DNA from: an uncultured Chloroflexia bacterium
GTDB lineage: Bacteria > Chloroflexota > Limnocylindria > Limnocylindrales > CSP1-4
Direction of reading: 5' to 3'
Assembly: GCA_963713975.1 (NCBI GenBank)
Contig: OY970218.1
Coordinates: forward strand, 1,184,001 to 1,248,000
Length of the DNA: 64,000 nucleotides
Numbering within the stretch: the stretch's first letter is position 1; every line of letters starts with the position of its first letter. Positions 57,958 through 64,000 of this stretch are shown piece by piece. Made by a program: the position numbers and the translations under genes. The notes under the pieces were generated by a model. It saw nothing but the letters and a program-made list of their open reading frames with translations. It searched no databases and had not been told where the DNA came from.

Positions 57958-58407
57958 GTGAACGATCGGATCTGGCGGAGCGTTTCGGGGGCGGCCGTGG
58001 CCGCGTCCCTTGTTGCAGCGGGCGCCATCGGCGCCACGGCCATCGGCGCCGATGCCGACTCCTCGGGGCAGCAGGCCCCGGTGCGAGCCGTGGTCGCAGC
58101 GCCGGTCACCGCGAGCCCCGGGCTCCAGGCGCCGGTGCCGACGCCGATGACGTGGCCCGCTCTCACCGACCGCGAGGACCACGCGGCCATCCCGGCCCCG
58201 AGTGCCACCCCGCGGGCGACGAACAAGCCTGCGCCCGCCTGGACCCACCACCCGGCCGCGACGCCGCGCGTCACGCATCATCCCGACCCCACGCCGCGCG
58301 CGACGCACCATCCGCGCGCCACGCCCCATCCGCGCGCCACGCCCCATCCCACTGAGGCGCCGCATCACGGTGGAGATCATGGCGGCGGTCATGGCGGCGA
58401 CGACTGA
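57958..58407 (+). CDS. Secreted Pro/His-rich protein
   Basis: Signal peptide, PRAT(H/P)H repeats and a HHGGDHGGGHGGDD tail. Confidence 0.6.
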   Translation: MNDRIWRSVSGAAVAASLVAAGAIGATAIGADADSSGQQAPVRAVVAAPVTASPGLQAPVPTPMTWPALTDREDHAAIPAPSATPRATNKPAPAWTHHPAATPRVTHHPDPTPRATHHPRATPHPRATPHPTEAPHHGGDHGGGHGGDD

Positions 58408-58544
58408 GGCATGGCCAACAGGGGCCGGACGGGCCCGGTCAACTGGCCTCAAGGCCCCTGTGCCGGCTCGCCAGCTCCCGTGACGATGTCGCCGGCCTCA
58501 CCGTCGCACACGCTGGCGGTCCGTCCCGGGCCGGGAGGGCACCA

Positions 58545-59225
58545 ACGATCCGCACGACCATCACCGCCCCCGCTGATGACGCCCTCCCGGTCGTCGAGTG
58601 CGACGAGGATGCGCGCCGTGTCGTCAGAGCCGTCCTTGCCGGTGACCGCGACGCCTTCGCCCGCCTCGTTGATCGCGAGATCGGCAACGTCAACCGTGTC
58701 TGCTACCGGGTGCTGGGCGACCGTCATGATGCCGAGGAAGCCGCCCAGGAGGCCTTCGTGAGCGCTTACCGCACGCTCCCGGCCTGGCGGGGGGACGGAC
58801 CCTTCGGCGCCTGGGTGGCCCGGATCGCGCTGCACATCGCCCTCCGCCGCCGCAAGAACGCGCGTCCAGTCGTCTGGATCGACCCAGCGGCGCTGGACGG
58901 CCCGGACCCGCTCTCGGCGGGCGCCGATGGCGGCGGCCAGCGGAGGGTCACCAGGCACTTCCGGGACGCGTCGGTCGAGGCGGCACGGACGAACGATCCC
59001 GCCGAGATCGCTGTCACGATGGAGCGCGAGGCCTCCGTCCGCGACGCGCTGCTGGCCCTCGACGAGCCCTACCGCGAGACGGTCGCGCTCCGCTACTTCG
59101 CCGGGCTCACCGTCCCCGAGATCGCCGAGGTCTGTGCCCGGCCCCAGGGCACCGTGAAGACCCACCTCCACCGGGGCCTGCTGCGCCTGCGGGGCCATCT
59201 CGACGACGCGGGGGCCGACCGATGA
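58545..59225 (+). CDS. ECF RNA polymerase sigma factor
   Basis: GDRDAFARLV, DAEEAAQEAF, FGAWVARIA and EIA..PQGTVKTHLHRG motifs. The only plausible start is ACG after GGAGG. Confidence 0.88.
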   Translation, partial: TIRTTITAPADDALPVVECDEDARRVVRAVLAGDRDAFARLVDREIGNVNRVCYRVLGDRHDAEEAAQEAFVSAYRTLPAWRGDGPFGAWVARIALHIALRRRKNARPVVWIDPAALDGPDPLSAGADGGGQRRVTRHFRDASVEAARTNDPAEIAVTMEREASVRDALLALDEPYRETVALRYFAGLTVPEIAEVCARPQGTVKTHLHRGLLRLRGHLDDAGADR

Positions 59226-59923
59226 CCGGCCGCGGTGCCGTGAACAACCCCTGGGAGGCCGACCCTGTTGCACCTGCCGACGCCGAACACATGCGGTCGG
59301 CGGCTGCCGAGCTCGAGCGGTTCGCGCTGGCGACCGACATCGCGCCGCGGGTGGGGTTCGGCGCCCAGATCATGGCGGCCCTCGAGGCGGATCCTGTTCC
59401 CGCGCCGCTGACGGCGCTCGGCGCCGCCACGCGACGGAGGCACCTTCGCGCCATGCTGGCCGCGCTGGGCGACGCGTGGCGGGTGGCCTGGAGCGGCGGC
59501 CGGCCGGCGGCAATCCGGTTGTCCGCGGCGATGACCGTGCTGGTGCTGGTCGTGGCGGCCGGGTCGCTGGGCAGCCTCGCCGCGGTCGGCGCATGGAGCG
59601 CCCTCCAGCCGCCCCAGCCAACTCCAACCCCATCGCTGCCGGTGGACCTGGTCCCGGTCATCGTGCCGCCGGCAGACCCGCGACCCTCGCCCAGCGAGGC
59701 GCCCGCGACGGCGGCGCCAAGCGGGTCCTCCACACCGTCCCAATTGCCGCGCCTCACACCGTCGGCGGTCCCGGTGCGCACACCCCGGCCCACCGTGAAG
59801 CCGAAGCCGACGCCGAGGCCCACTGCGAGGCCGACGCCGCGCCCGACACACCATCCTGAGCCGACGGCCGTGCCGGAGGCGACGCATCACCCCGAATCGA
59901 CCCACGCTGCCGGAGGCGACTGA
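59222..59923 (+). CDS. Putative anti-sigma factor with Pro/His-rich extracytoplasmic tail
   Basis: ATGA-coupled to the sigma gene; P.VGF..QIM motif, a single TM helix and THHPE repeats. Confidence 0.7.
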   Translation: MTGRGAVNNPWEADPVAPADAEHMRSAAAELERFALATDIAPRVGFGAQIMAALEADPVPAPLTALGAATRRRHLRAMLAALGDAWRVAWSGGRPAAIRLSAAMTVLVLVVAAGSLGSLAAVGAWSALQPPQPTPTPSLPVDLVPVIVPPADPRPSPSEAPATAAPSGSSTPSQLPRLTPSAVPVRTPRPTVKPKPTPRPTARPTPRPTHHPEPTAVPEATHHPESTHAAGGD

Positions 59924-59967
59924 GCAGGCGGAGGAGAGCTGACCCGTCCGCTAGCTGTGATGACCGC

Positions 59968-61080
59968 CTACCGGGTCGCCGACGTCGCCGCCTCGTGGTG
60001 CCGCAGCTCTTCATGCGGGTCGGACCCGTCGTGGCCGCACGGGTTCACGTGGATGACCGCCGTGTCGAGCTTCGGGACGTCGTGCAGCAGCCGGTGCCGG
60101 ACGTCCTCCGACACGCGGTGCCCCTCGGTCACCGTCATGTCGCAGTCCACGGTGATGGCCAGCGACGCCTCGAGGGCGTGGCCCACCCAGCGGAGCCGCA
60201 GCCGCGTCACGTCCTGCACGTCCGCCACGGACCGCGCGGTCCGCTCGACGTCGTCGACGAGCTCTGGCTCCACGGCGTCCATCAGGCGCCCGAGCATCTG
60301 GGCGGTCGCCTGCTTGAGCACGACCAGGATCGCGACGGTGATGAGGAGGCCGACCAGGGGATCTGCGATCGGGAACCCGAGGGCGACGCCGATGGCGCCC
60401 GCCACCACCGCCAGCGACGTCAACCCGTCGGTCCGGGCGTGGTAGCCGTCCGCGACCAGGGCGGCCGAGCCGATCTCGCGCCCGACGCGGATGCGGTACA
60501 GCGCGACGAGCTCGTTGCCGGCGAAACCGATGATGCCGGCGGCGATGACCATCGGGATGTTGGTGATCACGACGGGGTTGATGAGCCGGGTGATTGACTC
60601 GTAGGCGGCGAGCGCCGCGGACCCGAGGATCATGAGCAGGACGAACAGCCCCGCGAGGTCCTCGGCCCGGCGGTAGCCGAAGGTGTAGCGGCGCGTCGCC
60701 GCCCGCGCGCCGACGACGAACGCGATCCACAGCGGGATCGCCGTCAGGGCGTCGCTGAAGTTGTGGATCGTGTCGGCCAGCAGGGCGACGGAGCCCGAGA
60801 CGATCACGACCCCGAGCTGGAGGACGGCGGTGATCCCGAGCCCGACCAGCGAGACCTTGACCGCCCGGATGCCGCGCGCGTTGCTGGTCAGCGCCTCGTC
60901 GACGGCGTCGGCGGGATCGTGGCTGTGGCCCACGATCGAGGCCAGGAACCCCGCGAGACCTCCGTGGGCGTGGCCGTGCTCGTGGTCATGGGGATCCGCA
61001 GGGGCGTGCCCGTGGGCCGGATCCGGCTCCTGTGGGTGGGGATGGTCATGCGGGTGGTCATGGTCGTGCGGCAGGGTCAC
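59968..61080 (-). CDS. Cation diffusion facilitator transporter with His-rich N-terminus
   Basis: SVALLADTIHNFSD, ADGYHARTD and RLRWVGH motifs. Confidence 0.92.
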   Translation of the reverse strand: MTLPHDHDHPHDHPHPQEPDPAHGHAPADPHDHEHGHAHGGLAGFLASIVGHSHDPADAVDEALTSNARGIRAVKVSLVGLGITAVLQLGVVIVSGSVALLADTIHNFSDALTAIPLWIAFVVGARAATRRYTFGYRRAEDLAGLFVLLMILGSAALAAYESITRLINPVVITNIPMVIAAGIIGFAGNELVALYRIRVGREIGSAALVADGYHARTDGLTSLAVVAGAIGVALGFPIADPLVGLLITVAILVVLKQATAQMLGRLMDAVEPELVDDVERTARSVADVQDVTRLRLRWVGHALEASLAITVDCDMTVTEGHRVSEDVRHRLLHDVPKLDTAVIHVNPCGHDGSDPHEELRHHEAATSATR

Positions 61081-61155
61081 CGGCGTAGTCTCGGCAGGAC
61101 ACCTTGGCGGCGCAAGGACACACGGCCCGCGTCCGTCGGCCAACCGACCCGCGCG

Positions 61156-62343
61156 TCACTCGGCATCGGTCAGCCTCACCGCCGTTCGCAGACCCTCGAC
61201 GACGCCGAACCGCACGCTGATCGGGGTCCCGGTCGCCATGTGCTCCCGGAGGTGACCCGCGTTGAAGCCACCGTCTGTGAGGTCGAGCGTGCCGACCCCG
61301 AACTCGATCTCCTCGCCGGCGTTCGTGCGCAGCGTGAACGAGTTCACCTTGGCGACCGACGCCTGGTCGACGGCGGTCACCAGGCCCTCGACGCTCCCGT
61401 TCGCCGGGGCAACCGTGTCGAAGGCGTCGCGCAGCTCGTCCTCCGCGACGGCGCCCTCGAACTTGGCCGTGACCTTGCCGTTGCCGTCGATGACGAAGAT
61501 CCAGGGCTCGCTGCGTAGCCCCCAGGCATCGGTCCAGGCCGCGGCCTGGAGCTGGCCGTCCGCGAGCACTGGCTGGAGCCGACCCTCGGTGAAGGCCATC
61601 ATGTACGGCTCGACGTTGATGAACGTCAGGGTCGGGTAGTCGGCGGCGACCGTCTTGACGTTCTCGAGCAAGGGGCCGCACATCGCCGTCTGGCAGAACG
61701 CCGGTGTCGCGAAGGCGAGGACGAACGGCTCCCGCGCCGTCAGCGCGTCGGCGACCGAGGTCCGGTAGAAGGCCGGGTCGGGTGCCTGGTCCGTCGAGAC
61801 CCTGGCGAGGTCCCCGCCGACGTCGGCCGCCGTGGGCGTGTCGATGGACACCACCGGGGCGCCGATCGCGAGCGTCGGGCCCGATTCGGCGACATCGAAG
61901 TCGGCGCGCACCTGCTCGCTGCGTCCGTCGGGGAAGATTGCGGTGAAACGCGCGCCCCAGCGGCCGGCCGTCGGGAACTCGACATCGGCGGCGTACAGCC
62001 CGCGCTGGCCCTCGATCGCCCATAGGAAGCGCGAGTCGGTGGTGAAGGCGACCTGGTTCTCGTCCGCCGCAACATCGAAGAACTCGAGCGTGACCGGCAC
62101 GTCCGGCGCCGCGACGAGCTTGTTCGCGGCATCGGTGAGCGAGAACAGGAAGCGGTTCTTCCCGGCGAGGATCTCGGACGAGACGAAGATCGGGTAGATG
62201 TTCGGCTCGCCGGCGGCCGGAGTCGACGCGATGGGTGCGCCAGGGGTCGACGGGGCACTCGACGGACTCACAGGCGTTGATCCACCGCACGCCGCCGCGA
62301 CCAGCGCGACGGCGGTGAGGAACACCGGCATCAATCCACGCAT
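61156..62343 (-). CDS. Lipoprotein with thioredoxin-like domain
   Basis: Lipobox AAAC; FATPAFCQTAMCGP and SEPWIFVID motifs. Confidence 0.8.
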   Translation of the reverse strand: MRGLMPVFLTAVALVAAACGGSTPVSPSSAPSTPGAPIASTPAAGEPNIYPIFVSSEILAGKNRFLFSLTDAANKLVAAPDVPVTLEFFDVAADENQVAFTTDSRFLWAIEGQRGLYAADVEFPTAGRWGARFTAIFPDGRSEQVRADFDVAESGPTLAIGAPVVSIDTPTAADVGGDLARVSTDQAPDPAFYRTSVADALTAREPFVLAFATPAFCQTAMCGPLLENVKTVAADYPTLTFINVEPYMMAFTEGRLQPVLADGQLQAAAWTDAWGLRSEPWIFVIDGNGKVTAKFEGAVAEDELRDAFDTVAPANGSVEGLVTAVDQASVAKVNSFTLRTNAGEEIEFGVGTLDLTDGGFNAGHLREHMATGTPISVRFGVVEGLRTAVRLTDAE

Positions 62344-62380
62344 TGGACTCCTCCATGAGGGCGGCGGCACCCGGGCGCCG

Positions 62381-63022
62381 TCAGCAACAGTCGTCCTCGC
62401 CGCGCCAGGCCTCGCGTGCCTCCTTCGTGATGAACACGGTCATCCCAAGGGCCGCGACCGGGTCGGCCCACCACCACCCGAGCAGGGCGTTGAGGCTGAT
62501 CCCCACGAGCATCACGAGCGAGAGCCAGAAACAGGCGTTGGTCTGGAACGCGTCGGCCGTCATCGCCCGAGACCCCAGCGCGATCGCGACCCGCCGCTTC
62601 GCGCGCGCGAGCCACCACATTGCCAGCAGCGACGCCACGGCGAGCGCGATGCCCACGACCGACGGCTGCGGCCGCTCGCCCGCGAGCAGTGAGGTGACCG
62701 CGTCCCAGGCGATGTAGGCCGCGAGCAGGGCCAGCGACCCCGCCACGAGCTGCTGGGCCCGGCGCTCGACGTGCTCGACGCGCTCGTGATCCGTCGCCCG
62801 GCGCTCTGCGTGCAGCCGCCAGATCATCACGGAACCCGAGGCGGACTCCACGAACGAGTCCACCCCGAAGCCGATGAGCGCCACCGACCCCGCGGCCGCG
62901 CCGGCGGCGATCGCGACGACCCCCTCGACCAGGTTCCAGCCGACGGTGAGGTACTCGAGGCGCAGCGCCCGGCGGAGCAGCGCGGGGCGGCCGGGCTCGA
63001 CGGCGGCGGCGATGGTCGTCAT
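62381..63022 (-). CDS. Short CDF-like cation transporter
   Basis: WNLVEG, GFGVDSFVE and WWWADPVAAL motifs. Confidence 0.85.
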   Translation of the reverse strand: MTTIAAAVEPGRPALLRRALRLEYLTVGWNLVEGVVAIAAGAAAGSVALIGFGVDSFVESASGSVMIWRLHAERRATDHERVEHVERRAQQLVAGSLALLAAYIAWDAVTSLLAGERPQPSVVGIALAVASLLAMWWLARAKRRVAIALGSRAMTADAFQTNACFWLSLVMLVGISLNALLGWWWADPVAALGMTVFITKEAREAWRGEDDCC

Positions 63023-63912
63023 GCGTGGCTCCGTTCCTCGAGTCGCCGCCGGTCGGCGGTCTCGAGCTGGAAGGTGGAGTGCTCAATGTCGAAGTCGTCC
63101 GACAGGCAGGCGCACAGCGCGTCAAGCGCCGTCGCCGGGTCCGCCCCGTCGCCGAGGACGATGTGGGCCGACACGACGTTCATCCCCGACGTGATTGTCC
63201 AGGCGTGGAGGTCGTGGCAGTCGGCGACCCCGGGTGCCTCGAGGATGTGCCGTCGGACGCGCTCCATGTCCACGCCCTTCGGGGTGGCCTCGAGGAGCAC
63301 GTTGGTCGCGTCGCGCAGGAGCGAGAACGTGCGCGGCAGGATCAGCAGCCCGATCAGGACCGAGGCCACGATGTCCGCGCCCGTCCAGCCGGTCAACGCG
63401 ATCACGACCGCGGCGACGATGACCGCGACGGATCCCGCGAGGTCGCCCATGACCTCGAGGTACGCGCCCCGCATGTTGAGGCTTTCCTTCTGTGCATCCC
63501 GGAGGAGCACCAGCGAGACGAGGTTGGCCACGAGGCCGACGGCCGCGAACGCGAGCATCGCCCCCGAGGCGATCTCCGCTGGCTCGGACAGCCGCCGCCA
63601 CGCCTCGTACAGGACGAACGCCGCGATCCCGAACAGGAGGAACGCGTTGGTCACGGCAGCCAGGATCTCGAGGCGCAGGTAGCCGAAGGTGCGGCCGCTG
63701 GTGGGGGGGCGCTGCGCGAACCAGATGGCGGCGAGCGCGAGGGCGACACCCACGACGTCGGTCAGGACGTGGCCGGCATCCGCGAGCAGCGCGAGGCTGT
63801 TGGTGACGACTGAGCCGACGACCTCGACGACGAGGATCGTGAGGCTCAGCGCCAGGACTGCGACCAGGCGTCCCCGGTGGTTGGCGGCGGCCGACCCGTG
63901 GTCGTGGCCCAT
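63019..63912 (-). CDS. czcD: CzcD/ZitB-type Zn/Co/Cd CDF transporter
   Basis: SLALLADAGHVLTD, SLNMRGAYLEV, HDLHAW and IEHSTFQLE motifs. Confidence 0.93.
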   Translation of the reverse strand: MGHDHGSAAANHRGRLVAVLALSLTILVVEVVGSVVTNSLALLADAGHVLTDVVGVALALAAIWFAQRPPTSGRTFGYLRLEILAAVTNAFLLFGIAAFVLYEAWRRLSEPAEIASGAMLAFAAVGLVANLVSLVLLRDAQKESLNMRGAYLEVMGDLAGSVAVIVAAVVIALTGWTGADIVASVLIGLLILPRTFSLLRDATNVLLEATPKGVDMERVRRHILEAPGVADCHDLHAWTITSGMNVVSAHIVLGDGADPATALDALCACLSDDFDIEHSTFQLETADRRRLEERSHA

Positions 63913-63952
63913 CAGGACACCGGACCAAGCAGGGCAGCGGGTCTCGCCAGCA

Positions 63953-64000
63953 TCACGTGACCGTCACCGCGCCGGCCATGTAGGGATGCGGGTCGCAGGT
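63953..64000 (-). CDS. Cupredoxin/plastocyanin-like C-terminus (partial at window edge)
   Basis: TCDPHPYMAGAVTVT* carries the Cys-His-Met type-1 copper ligands. Confidence 0.7.
   Translation of the reverse strand, partial: TCDPHPYMAGAVTVT

Noticed and set aside
1-64000. Numerous long Arg/Pro/Ala-rich overlapping ORFs in the ORF track
   Set aside because: They are alternative-frame artefacts of high GC content overlapping better-supported genes.

Overview
High-GC bacterial DNA. The gene content and frequent leaderless promoters suggest Chloroflexota (inference only). Almost the whole window is accessory. 1-22 kb holds regulatory and metabolic cargo (NarL-type two-component system, hydrolase, thioredoxin-reductase-like, RibD, PepE, Fic, adenosine deaminase, LuxR-ATPase, MFS) mixed with pseudogenes. 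Four copies of an antisense tRNA-Arg 3'-end (att) sequence occur at 11.9, 12.8, 14.5 and 22.3 kb, each reading into a homologous C-terminal tail of a probable large serine recombinase. 22.3-46.3 kb looks like a defence island: a translationally coupled DNA methyltransferase-NurA-HerA operon, a BcgI-like remnant, a Type ISP/IIG-like RM enzyme, Schlafen, TIR, HEPN-like and HNH-like proteins, and an (STGPGGGL)11 repeat protein. 46.8-57.4 kb is an unusual operon: two double-Phd/YefM proteins precede VirB2-like, VirB6-like and PrgI-TadZ fusion genes, followed by a Tad/Flp pilus set. 57.9-64 kb encodes an ECF sigma/anti-sigma pair, three CDF-type metal transporters and the end of a cupredoxin. I found no intact tRNA, rRNA or CRISPR array. 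All family calls come from motif recognition by eye, not from database searches.
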